From assembly GCA_964643765.1 (NCBI GenBank), contig CAZXTM010000005.1, forward strand, positions 1,677 to 65,676: a stretch of 64,000 bases of DNA, written 5' to 3'. The notes under the pieces are model-generated. The model was not told the DNA's origin and did no database searches. It saw nothing but the letters and a program-made list of their open reading frames with translations. This DNA comes from an uncultured Bifidobacteriaceae bacterium. GTDB lineage: Bacteria; Acidobacteriota; Vicinamibacteria; Vicinamibacterales; UBA2999. A program made the translations under genes and the position numbers. This document shows positions 52,727 to 61,134 of the stretch, one piece after another. The number at the start of each line of letters is the position of its first letter. The stretch's first letter is position 1.

Positions 52727-53896
52727 TTACTTCACCGCCACGAACATGATCTCGAGCAGTCCATCGGCGACCACCAGATCGGTGCCGACGGTGGCTCGCG
52801 TCGGAAAGTCCTTCGTGAAGATCGTCCGGTAGGCCTCGTTCATTTGCGCGAACCGGGCCACGTCGGTGACATAGACGGTGCCGTCGACCACATCGGTCCA
52901 CGAGAACCCGGCGGCGGTCAGCGTGCGGCCGATGCGCGCCAGCACTTCGCGTGTCTGGGCACCCATGTCCCCCTGATTCTGGGGCGTGTTCCCGAGGAGG
53001 CCCGACAGATACAGGCGGTTGCCCACCTTGATGGCGCTGCTCAGCGTCGGGCTGGGCTTGCCGGGTGTTCCATCGGCCGCCGGTGTCGTGAACGCCTGGC
53101 GTTCGCCGCGCACGGCCGTCATCGTCATTTCCACCCGATACGTCGGGCCCGGCAGCCCGGCCACCACGGTGACACGGGCAGGCGGATCCTTCGGGAAGTT
53201 CGGGACATAGTTCCGGTTCATGTCCTGGAAGGTCGCGCCATCGGTCAGATAGACGCGGGTCGAGACGACATGCTCGAACCCGAAGCCGGCGGCCTTCAGC
53301 AGCGCCCCGGCCGTCGACATCACCGCGCGGGTCTGCGTGGCCGTGTCGCCCTCAATCGGCTGGTTCGTCGCGGTGTCCCGCGCAACGATGCCCGACATGA
53401 AGAGCATGTTGCCTGAGCGGATAGCATAGCTGTAGGGATTGGCCGTCGACCAGCCCTGCGGCGTGATTACCACGCGCTCGCCGCCGTTCGGTACGGCCAC
53501 GACGGAAATCTCAATCAGGGCCGCCGCGTTGACCAGCTTGGTCACGACGGTGGTGCGCGTCGGGGCGTCCTTGGGCCACACGGTCCGCCAGACCTCGGTC
53601 ATGCCTGCGGCATGGGCACCGTCTGTCAGGTAGACCGTCGCCGAGACCACGTTCGAGAGCGACGAGCCTGACTTCACCAGGATCTGTCCGATCTGGTCGA
53701 GCACGGCCTGCGTCTGCACCTTGATGTCGCCCTTGTCGGCGAGCGTGCCTGCGACGTAAATCAGTCCATCGGCCTTCACCGCCAGGCTGAACGGCAGGGT
53801 GCCGCCGCCCGGAACGGTAATCTGGCGGCCCTGTGCCGATGCCAGTCCTCCGCTCAGTCCGATCGCCATCATCATCATGAAGAGCGTACCTTTCAC
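52727..53896 (-). CDS. secreted protein made of three tandem RidA/YjgF/L-PSP domains
   Basis: GTG 53896 is preceded by GGAGG. Signal KGTLFMMMMAIGLSGGLASA. Three units of about 120 aa each end with a RidA-like P(T/A)R(T/A)TV...L....(V/I)E(I/M)..VAV motif. Confidence 0.85.
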   Translation of the reverse strand: MKGTLFMMMMAIGLSGGLASAQGRQITVPGGGTLPFSLAVKADGLIYVAGTLADKGDIKVQTQAVLDQIGQILVKSGSSLSNVVSATVYLTDGAHAAGMTEVWRTVWPKDAPTRTTVVTKLVNAAALIEISVVAVPNGGERVVITPQGWSTANPYSYAIRSGNMLFMSGIVARDTATNQPIEGDTATQTRAVMSTAGALLKAAGFGFEHVVSTRVYLTDGATFQDMNRNYVPNFPKDPPARVTVVAGLPGPTYRVEMTMTAVRGERQAFTTPAADGTPGKPSPTLSSAIKVGNRLYLSGLLGNTPQNQGDMGAQTREVLARIGRTLTAAGFSWTDVVDGTVYVTDVARFAQMNEAYRTIFTKDFPTRATVGTDLVVADGLLEIMFVAVK

Positions 53897-53958
53897 TCGT
53901 GCCTCCTCGCCGGCAATCTGCTCACCGACTGCGCGATGTTACACTGAACGCCGATCGC

Positions 53959-54498
53959 ATGCCCGCCGCCGTTTCACGCCCGTCCACCCGCTCTCGTTCC
54001 ACGTCACGCACTTCGTCACAGGTGCTGGTGCCCAACGCCTTCCCGACGGCGATTCGGGGGCCGAAGGTTGATGATCCGCCGATCGAGCTGCGCAAGCCGC
54101 TGCCGAAGATTCAGCGGCGGCGGTCGAAGCTGCACGGCTGGGGCGTGTTCGCGATGGAGCGCATCCCCAAGAACACGCGCATCATCAACTACGCCGGGCA
54201 GCTCATCACGCAGAAGGAGAGCGGCGTCCGCGAGGATCGGTACCTGAGCAAGGGCTGCATCTGGGTGTTTCGTGTCAACCGGAAGTGGAGCCGCGACGCC
54301 AACGCCGGCGGCAACGTGGCGCGATTCATCAACCACTCATGTGTGCACAACTGCTATGTGCAGGTCATCGGTCGCACCATCTGGGTGCGGGCAGCCCGCA
54401 CGATAGAGCCGGGCGAAGAACTGACCTACGACTACAACACCGAAGGGGACAAGACCATCGCGTGCCGGTGTCGGCCCAACTGCAAGACGCGGCTCTGA
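53959..54498 (+). CDS. SET-domain protein-lysine methyltransferase with post-SET Cys cluster
   Basis: HGWGVFAMERIPKNTRIINYAGQLI, ARFINHSCVHNC, GEELTYDY, C-terminal ACRCRPNC. Start taken at ATG 53959; ATG 53899 would abut the divergent RidA start. Confidence 0.85.
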   Translation: MPAAVSRPSTRSRSTSRTSSQVLVPNAFPTAIRGPKVDDPPIELRKPLPKIQRRRSKLHGWGVFAMERIPKNTRIINYAGQLITQKESGVREDRYLSKGCIWVFRVNRKWSRDANAGGNVARFINHSCVHNCYVQVIGRTIWVRAARTIEPGEELTYDYNTEGDKTIACRCRPNCKTRL

Positions 54499-56945
54499 CG
54501 CCCCGCTCCTGCGGGTGGCGCAGGCGCGCGGCTCTCGCGGTGCTTGGCAGCCTGCTGCTGCCGGCCGTCCTGTGGCCCGCGAGGGCGCAGGTCCCTCCAT
54601 CCGGTCTCGACCGGCGCGTCGCACTCGGATTCCTGGCGTTCGACCCCGCACAGCCTCCGGTCGAGCAGCGCGCCGATCTGCTCGATACACCCACGCTGCC
54701 GGGGTCCGTGATGAAGGCGTTCACCCTGGCGGCCGCACTCGAGCGGCGGCTGGTGAGTGCCTCCACCGGGACGGTCTGCCGCCGTGTGGTGACCGTCGAA
54801 GGCGTGCGCTACACATGCGCGCACCCCGAGCTCAAGCGCGCCATGACGCCGGTCGAGGCGCTGGCGCATTCGTGCAATGACTTCTTCGTCTCGCTGGCCC
54901 GTCGGCTCCCCCGCGCCGACGTGAACCGCGTCCGCGTGGCAGCCGGACTTCCACCGCTGCCGTCCGGCACGCCCCTGGCGGCAGCCCTCGTGGGGCTCGA
55001 CGGGCCCCGAGTGACTCCCCGTACGCTGGCGCAGGGGCTGGCACGGCTGGCCGGCGTCGGCCGCCAGCCGCCGGTGCCCCTGCGCGATGACACGCGCGCG
55101 GCAGTGCGCGACGGCCTGGCCGGAGCGGCCACGTATGGGACGGCGGCGGCGTTTGGGGAGCATCGCCTGACGGCGTGGGCGAAGACCGGCACGGCGCCGA
55201 TGCCCGGTGGAGGCGTGGCAGGCCTCGTCGTCGCGCTGTGGCCCGCCTCTGCGCCGACACACGCGCTGGTGGCCCTGGCCCCGGGCGGCGCCGGCATCGA
55301 CGTTGCGGAGACGGCTGCCGGCTGGCTCGAAGAGCGGGCACGCCTGCGGCCGGCAGTGCCTGCAGCATCCGCAGTTCCAGGCTCCGCTGCCCAGCGCCAG
55401 CCCGCAGGGACGGCAACCACGCGGGCGGGCGCGGCGCCCCCGGTCACGCGACTCGCCCTCGGACGCACCCTGCCCGATGGCCGCACGCGGGTCGAGCAGC
55501 TGTCGATGGACGACTACGTCGCGCAGGTGCTCGCCGGCGAGGGACAGCCCCGCGCTGCTCGAGGTGCGCAGGAGGCGCTGGCCATTACGGCACGCACGTT
55601 TGCCGAAGCCAATCGTGGACGTCACCGTGCGGAGGGCTTTGACCTCTGCGACACCACGCACTGCCAGGTCGTACGCGCCTCAACGCCCGTCACCAGGGAG
55701 GCGGCCCTGGCGACATCCGGTCAGGTGCTGCTCGATCGCGGACGCGCGGCGCAGGTGTTTTACTCGGCGTCGTGCGGGGGCGCACCCGAGCGGGCTTCCC
55801 TCGTCTGGCCGGGGGCGCCCGACCACGATCATCCGCACGAGGACGATGCACATGCCGACGAAGTGCCGTGGACGAGCGATGTGCGCATGGCCGATATCGA
55901 GCGCGCACTGCGGGCTACCCGTCGGCAGGGGCGCCTGCGTGAACTGACGATTGTCGAGCGCACGGCTTCGGGGCGCGTCGCGCGTCTCAGGGCCGAGGGG
56001 TTCGTGCCCGCGGAGATTTCCGGCAACGACTTCCGCCTGGCCCTGGGGCGCATGGCCGGCTGGCAGTCGCTGAAGAGCACGGCCTTCGAGTTCCAGCGGT
56101 CGGGGACGACCTTCCGGTTCACCGGTCGGGGCTTTGGCCATGGCGTGGGGCTGTGCGTCATTGGTGCCGGGAACCGGGCACAGACCGGGGCGACGGCGGC
56201 CGACCTCCTCAGGTTCTACTTCCCGTCCCTGACGATTGGAACGCCGCGGGCCGCAACGGTCACGGTACCCGCAGCGACAGGGGACCCCGGCCTGGCAGTG
56301 CCTGCACCCGCGCCGCCTTCGCAGGCCCTCAGACAGGCCCCCGTCACGGCCCCGAAGGGTGATGCCGCATCGGACATCCGGCTGTCGCTGCCTGTCGAGG
56401 ACGAGGGCGAGCGTGACTGGCTGATGGCGCTGCTCAGGAAGGCGCGCGACGAGATGGCCCGCGCCGCAGGCATCCCTGCGCCGGCCGTCCTGACGGTCAC
56501 CGTGTATCCGTCTGTCGAGGCCTTCGGGCGCGCCACCGGGCAGCCCTGGTGGGTCGGGGGCGCGACCCGCGGACAGGATATCGCGCTCCTGCCTCCGCGC
56601 CTGCTCCGGCCGCGTGGTGATGCCGTGCGGACCATTCGCCACGAGGTGGCACACGCCCTTCTCGATGACAGGCTGTCCGGGCGTCCCCTGTGGGTGCGCG
56701 AAGGGCTGGCCATTCACTTCAGCACCGCCGAGGGCTCTGCACCGATGTCGGGCGCAGCGGCGACCGCTCGTGCCGGCCCGCCACCGGGGGCCACGGCGGC
56801 TCGCTCGGCACGTCCTCCGTGCCCCACCGACCGTGAGATCAGCCAGGCGGTGTCTGCCGGTGCGCAGCGCGAGGCCTACGCCCGCGCCGAACGTTGCGTG
56901 GCCGACGCACTGGCCAGGGGCACGGCGTGGCAGGCCCTGAAGTAG
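54462..56945 (+). CDS. tri-domain exported protein: penicillin-binding transpeptidase-like + SpoIID/LytB + peptidase-MA-like
   Basis: N-terminal signal (RRRAALAVLGSLLLPAVLWPARA). PBP/beta-lactamase motifs SVMK (SxxK), SCN (SxN) and KTGT. SpoIID segment EALAITARTFA...FDLCDTTHCQV...VFYSASCGG. C-terminal HEVAHALLDDRLSGRPLWVREGLAIHF. The start is uncertain (GTG 54462 or 54468 or 54540); ATG 54285 would overlap the SET gene by 214 nt. Confidence 0.8.
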   Translation: MPVSAQLQDAALTPRSCGWRRRAALAVLGSLLLPAVLWPARAQVPPSGLDRRVALGFLAFDPAQPPVEQRADLLDTPTLPGSVMKAFTLAAALERRLVSASTGTVCRRVVTVEGVRYTCAHPELKRAMTPVEALAHSCNDFFVSLARRLPRADVNRVRVAAGLPPLPSGTPLAAALVGLDGPRVTPRTLAQGLARLAGVGRQPPVPLRDDTRAAVRDGLAGAATYGTAAAFGEHRLTAWAKTGTAPMPGGGVAGLVVALWPASAPTHALVALAPGGAGIDVAETAAGWLEERARLRPAVPAASAVPGSAAQRQPAGTATTRAGAAPPVTRLALGRTLPDGRTRVEQLSMDDYVAQVLAGEGQPRAARGAQEALAITARTFAEANRGRHRAEGFDLCDTTHCQVVRASTPVTREAALATSGQVLLDRGRAAQVFYSASCGGAPERASLVWPGAPDHDHPHEDDAHADEVPWTSDVRMADIERALRATRRQGRLRELTIVERTASGRVARLRAEGFVPAEISGNDFRLALGRMAGWQSLKSTAFEFQRSGTTFRFTGRGFGHGVGLCVIGAGNRAQTGATAADLLRFYFPSLTIGTPRAATVTVPAATGDPGLAVPAPAPPSQALRQAPVTAPKGDAASDIRLSLPVEDEGERDWLMALLRKARDEMARAAGIPAPAVLTVTVYPSVEAFGRATGQPWWVGGATRGQDIALLPPRLLRPRGDAVRTIRHEVAHALLDDRLSGRPLWVREGLAIHFSTAEGSAPMSGAAATARAGPPPGATAARSARPPCPTDREISQAVSAGAQREAYARAERCVADALARGTAWQALK

Positions 56946-57046
56946 CGTGCCCCCACCCGCGCAGCGCGAGGCCTACGCCCGCGCCGAACGCTGCGTGGCC
57001 GACGCACTGGCTCGGGGCACGGCGTGGCAGGCCCTGAAGTCGCGTG
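56862..57046 (+). repeat. tandem direct duplication of the 3' end of the tri-domain gene (2 x 88 nt, 97-nt offset)
   Basis: Copy A (56862-56949) and copy B (56959-57046) differ at only 4 positions, compared base by base. Confidence 0.9.
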
Positions 57047-57184
57047 ATCGCACGTGCGCAGCGCTGAGGCTGGCGCCATGGTGAGCCGGTGGGGCGCCGA
57101 CGCGCTGCCGGGCGGCGTGGTCTGGCAGACGATGATGCAGGCCCGCCGCCTCCAGACGCGGTGCGGCCGGCCTCGGCTCGTGCC

Positions 57185-58012
57185 ATGATCGCGTCCGTGC
57201 CTGAGCCTCTGCTGGAACTGCATGACGCCACGGTCATCAAGGATGGCCGCCCCGTGCTCGATCGCCTGTCGCTGACCCTGGGGCAGGGAGAGCACACCGC
57301 GCTGCTCGGTCCGAACGGGGCCGGCAAGTCGATGCTGGTCTCGCTGCTGACGCACCATGAGCGCGCCGTGCCGCATGCCGACGGCCTTCCGCCGGTGCGC
57401 GTCTTCGGCGAGGCCCGCTGGGACGTGGCCAGCCTCAGGGGACGGCTCGGCATCGTATCGGCGTCGCTGCATCAGCAGTTTGTCGCCGGCAACAGCGAGG
57501 GCCGCATGACGGGGCGCGCGGCCGTGCTGTCGGCGTTCTTCGGGTCGCACGGCATCCTGCGTTACGGGCAGGTCACGCCAGCCATGACCGAACGCACGGG
57601 GTGGGCGCTGGCGCGCACGGGTGCCGCGCACCTCGCTGACCGTCACCTGCACCAGATGTCGGGCGGGGAAGTCAGGCGCGTCATGCTGGCCCGCGTGATC
57701 GTGACGGACCCGCGTGTCCTCGTGCTCGACGAACCCACGTCGGGCCTCGACGTGGCCGCCCGCTTCGAGTTCATGCAGCTGGTGCGGCAGGCCCTCGCCG
57801 ACGACACGACGCTGCTTCTGGTGACGCATCACACCGAGGAAATCGTCCCCGAGATTGGGCGCGTGATTCTGCTGAAGGAGGGGCGGGTGGTGGGGGATGG
57901 AACCCCGGCCCAGATGCTCACGGCAGAGCATCTGGGCGCGTTGTTCGGAGTGCCGGTCGCGCTGGACCGTGCGGGCCGCTACGTGTATGCGCGGCCCATG
58001 TCGGCTACTTGA
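57185..58012 (+). CDS. stand-alone ABC-type ATPase (ModF/YlmA-like), no adjacent permease
   Basis: Walker A GPNGAGKS, signature MSGGEVRR, Walker B VLVLDEPTSGLD, H-loop LLLVTHHTEEI. Start taken at ATG 57185 (MIASVPEPLLELHD). Confidence 0.85.
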   Translation: MIASVPEPLLELHDATVIKDGRPVLDRLSLTLGQGEHTALLGPNGAGKSMLVSLLTHHERAVPHADGLPPVRVFGEARWDVASLRGRLGIVSASLHQQFVAGNSEGRMTGRAAVLSAFFGSHGILRYGQVTPAMTERTGWALARTGAAHLADRHLHQMSGGEVRRVMLARVIVTDPRVLVLDEPTSGLDVAARFEFMQLVRQALADDTTLLLVTHHTEEIVPEIGRVILLKEGRVVGDGTPAQMLTAEHLGALFGVPVALDRAGRYVYARPMSAT

Positions 58013-58895
58013 CGCTGACCTTCACGTAGGCGTTGGTCCAGCAGCAGACTTCGCCGTTGCCGCCTTCGCCCGAGTAGTCGGTGGCCAGCAGCATCAGCGC
58101 GTATTCGCCAGGCGCGCTGAACTTGACGCTGGTCGTGCCCTTGCCCGCATAGGGCTGGTCCTGCTTGCCACCCTTGAGGGCCTCGAGCTTCGTGGCCGCC
58201 GCATCGAATGTCACGGCACCGGGGCCGCGATACTTCATCCAGTGCAGCTCGACCGGCGAGCGGTCGTCGGTCACCGGCGCCATCGTCGCGCTGGCGAACT
58301 TGCCATCGTCTTCAACCCAGGCCGAGAGCGGCAGGGGCGTGCCGACGGTCGCCGTGAGTGACGGCGCGCCGCTCAGCAGGGCCACGGGCCCCTTCAGCGG
58401 CTTGGTCGATTCGGACAGGATGCGCAGCGAGGGCGGTTCGTTGCCGACCGCCACGTCTCCGAAGGGATTGACGTTGTAGTCGGTGTGCAGGCGCAGGGGA
58501 ATCTGCGTGGTCTGCCCGTTGACCGTGATGGTCCACGTCAGCTTCTGGGCCGGCGTGAACGACTTGGGCACCGGCACCACGAACACGCCGGTCCGTCGAC
58601 GCGGCATGAAGTGCGTCGGCTGACCCAGATCGGGCCCGCCGGGCTCGATGCGATTGTTCGGCCCGATCGGCACATCTTCCGATTGCTTCAGATTGCGGTT
58701 GAAGTAGCCGACCAGGAAGTTCGGGGCACCATCGGCGCCGTAGAACCATCCTTCGAAGGCCCCGGTAATGCTGGTGCCGAACTGGCGGGGAGGTTCGTAG
58801 GGAATGACGGGTGCCTGCTGTGCAGACACCCATCCCCCCACTGTGAGCAATGTGGCGCCGCAGGCCAGCGACGCGAGCAGTCGGACAGCGGACAT
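58005..58895 (-). CDS. secreted hypothetical protein (two beta-sandwich-like halves)
   Basis: Signal MSAVRLLASLACGATLLTVGGWVSAQ and realistic composition. The start lies 19 nt downstream of the cytochrome c gene stop. The C-terminus is GEVCCWTNAYVKVSVK. No named family recognised. Confidence 0.7.
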   Translation of the reverse strand: MSAVRLLASLACGATLLTVGGWVSAQQAPVIPYEPPRQFGTSITGAFEGWFYGADGAPNFLVGYFNRNLKQSEDVPIGPNNRIEPGGPDLGQPTHFMPRRRTGVFVVPVPKSFTPAQKLTWTITVNGQTTQIPLRLHTDYNVNPFGDVAVGNEPPSLRILSESTKPLKGPVALLSGAPSLTATVGTPLPLSAWVEDDGKFASATMAPVTDDRSPVELHWMKYRGPGAVTFDAAATKLEALKGGKQDQPYAGKGTTSVKFSAPGEYALMLLATDYSGEGGNGEVCCWTNAYVKVSVK

Positions 58896-58913
58896 CGGAA
58901 CGTGGCCTCCGTG

Positions 58914-60287
58914 CTACTGGCGTTCGGAGGTGCGCGCGGCCTTGGCCTTGCGTGCCTCGAGAATCTGCTTCATTTCCTCGTCGGTGTAGTACACGACGTT
59001 CATCCACGCGTGCGCCATCTCGTCGACGGTGCGGTCGCCGTAGCCCACCCACTGCTCGGGATCGGGGTTGTCCTTGTTGGCGGCCGTGTTGTCGTACCAC
59101 GCACTGACCTGGATCACCGTGCCCTTGGGATAGATCGGCGCGGCGTCATCGTCGTAGATGTAGTTGGTCATCCAGTTGAAGTTGAAGTTACCCACGTAGC
59201 TGACCACTTCGCGGCCACCATCCGGCCTGATGGCTTCAACCTTCATGGCCTTGCCGCGCAGATGGAAGTGCGGCTGGAAGTTGGTGATCATCGTGTTTTC
59301 CTTCAGGACCGTGAAGCCCTCGGTATACGCAATCGAGTTGGGCGGAATATCGAGGAACTCGCGTTCACGCAGCCCGGTGAAGCCGATGAGGTAGCTGCGC
59401 TTCTTGGGTTCCTGGCCCTTCGGGAAGAACCAGAGAGCAATCTCTGAGCCGGTGGGAATCTCCTCGCCGGTCGCGTGCAGGTGCTGGTCCCAGGAAATCT
59501 TCTCGCCCGGCACGATCAGCTTGCCAGTGCCGTCGGCAAACTTGTCATACCCCTTGCCGATGGCCCATTCCATCAACTGGGGACGACGGTTGAGCAGGTC
59601 AGCGCGCGAGGCTGCCTGCGACAGGCCGTAGGTGGCCGTGCCGGTATTGACCGCATCGGCGTCGCCGTTCAGCACGAGGTAGGCAATCGAGTGGTGCAGC
59701 GTCTTGCGCGACTTGATGTTGGTCGGGCGAATCTCGACCATCCGCACCCAGCGCGGCTCGGTGATCGGAATGTCGCTCATGGGGCGATACCAGACGTCCT
59801 GACCCACGGCGGGCATCTTGAATTCAGGCGAACGGATGACGAGGTCAGGCTGGCCGTAGCCGTCCATCACGCCCTGCCACTCGTTGTTGGTGACCAGGGG
59901 CTTGGCGGGCGGGAGGTCTTTCGGATTGCCCTCGGGCGCGCCGGCGTCAACCCACGCCACAATCGTGTCGATCTGGGTCTGCGACAGCGACATGTCGTTC
60001 TTGAACTTCTGCACGCCGACCGACGGGTCGATGTGCCAGGGCGGCATCTGCCGACGGGCAACCCGACTCTTGATCGAGCGGGCCCACGGCCGGGCCTCCT
60101 TGTAGGAAATCAGTGACATCGGCGCGATGGATTCCGGCTGATGGCACGACTGGCACTTCGACTGGAAAATCGGTGCGATATCCTTCGAGAACGTTGGCGA
60201 CGTCGGCGCGGTCTGCGCAGACACCGTCGTTGCGCTCAACAGCACGCCGACGACCCCTGCCAGCCCCCACGGCATCCTGCGACCCAT
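58914..60287 (-). CDS. exported cytochrome c domain protein fused to a His-rich copper-monooxygenase-like (PHM/DBH-like) domain
   Basis: Strong SD (GAGGAGG) before ATG 60287. Signal peptide, then a haem c site (CQSCH). Downstream His clusters LHHS, HLHA and PHFHLRGKAM resemble the CuH/CuM ligand pattern; the fold assignment is tentative. Confidence 0.72.
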   Translation of the reverse strand: MGRRMPWGLAGVVGVLLSATTVSAQTAPTSPTFSKDIAPIFQSKCQSCHQPESIAPMSLISYKEARPWARSIKSRVARRQMPPWHIDPSVGVQKFKNDMSLSQTQIDTIVAWVDAGAPEGNPKDLPPAKPLVTNNEWQGVMDGYGQPDLVIRSPEFKMPAVGQDVWYRPMSDIPITEPRWVRMVEIRPTNIKSRKTLHHSIAYLVLNGDADAVNTGTATYGLSQAASRADLLNRRPQLMEWAIGKGYDKFADGTGKLIVPGEKISWDQHLHATGEEIPTGSEIALWFFPKGQEPKKRSYLIGFTGLREREFLDIPPNSIAYTEGFTVLKENTMITNFQPHFHLRGKAMKVEAIRPDGGREVVSYVGNFNFNWMTNYIYDDDAAPIYPKGTVIQVSAWYDNTAANKDNPDPEQWVGYGDRTVDEMAHAWMNVVYYTDEEMKQILEARKAKAARTSERQ

Positions 60288-60356
60288 GCTCTACCTCCTC
60301 GGAACGTGTGCCCCTGACATGGGGCCCCCAGCCTGAACCGTAGCCGGAATGGGCGC

Positions 60357-60386
60357 ATTCTAGCCACAACGTCAGGGAGGTTGCAA
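60357..60386 (-). promoter_or_regulatory. candidate promoter of the cytochrome c gene (TTGCAA-18 nt-TAGAAT)
   Basis: On the minus strand, TTGCAA lies at 60386-60381 and TAGAAT at 60362-60357. A leader of about 60 nt ends in GAGGAGG before ATG 60287. Confidence 0.3.
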
Positions 60387-60405
60387 TCGGAGATGTCCGG
60401 CGACG

Positions 60406-61134
60406 TCAGGAGGCAGGCGCGAGGCTCCGACGGACGACGGCCAGCCTCACCACAAGTGCCCCTCCGGCCGCGGCCAGCACGGCCAGGGACGCCAGCTTGG
60501 CCACGGCCAGCCCCGGCTGGACCCAGGTGGCGGGCAGGCCCTGGGGCATCGCATAGAGCAGGTAGTGCTGCGGGGCCACCGCCGTGACGATGACCATCGC
60601 GCTCATCACCAGCAGGCGCAGGGGCTGCAGCGCATGCCGCAGGGCCTGCAGCAGCCAGCCTGCCGGCCTGTCGGCAGACAGCGCCGCCGCGCCGCAGCAC
60701 AGCATGGCGAATGCGACGACCACCGTCGACAGCCACGCTCCGACCGTCTGGACGCCGGACAGCAGCGCCGTGATGTCGCTCACGCCGAACTGCGCGATGG
60801 CCCAGGCCGACAGTTCACCCTCGTGGTCGCTCACCCAGTCGAGTCCCTGATGCATCCCCAGCCACAGCAGGTGCCCAATCACCAGCAGCACCAGCCAGAT
60901 TCCCCACCAGGTGTCCCCGCCCCGGTGCGGGATACCGTCAACCTGCTGCCAGACCCGCACCGCCCGCGTCAGCGACCAGGCAGCCGCGGTAAAGGTCGCG
61001 AGGGCCAGCACGCCCGACAGGGCGAGGGTGAACACCGTGGCCTCAGACGTGTTCAGCAGCCACCAGAACAGGGCCCCAGCGGCGGCGCTGCCCCCCAGCA
61101 GCCACAGCGTCGATGTCGCCAGCGCGCGCATCAT
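60406..61134 (-). CDS. integral membrane protein, unknown function
   Basis: Six to seven hydrophobic segments. ATGA-type 4-nt overlap with the upstream alpha-2-macroglobulin stop. No recognisable motif. Confidence 0.65.
   Translation of the reverse strand: MMRALATSTLWLLGGSAAAGALFWWLLNTSEATVFTLALSGVLALATFTAAAWSLTRAVRVWQQVDGIPHRGGDTWWGIWLVLLVIGHLLWLGMHQGLDWVSDHEGELSAWAIAQFGVSDITALLSGVQTVGAWLSTVVVAFAMLCCGAAALSADRPAGWLLQALRHALQPLRLLVMSAMVIVTAVAPQHYLLYAMPQGLPATWVQPGLAVAKLASLAVLAAAGGALVVRLAVVRRSLAPAS

Noticed and set aside
54285-54461. ATG 54285 as the start of the tri-domain gene.
   Set aside because: It would overlap the SET gene by 214 nt in another frame and add an Arg/His-rich non-signal N-terminus. 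In-frame GTGs at 54462 and 54468 give a normal signal peptide.
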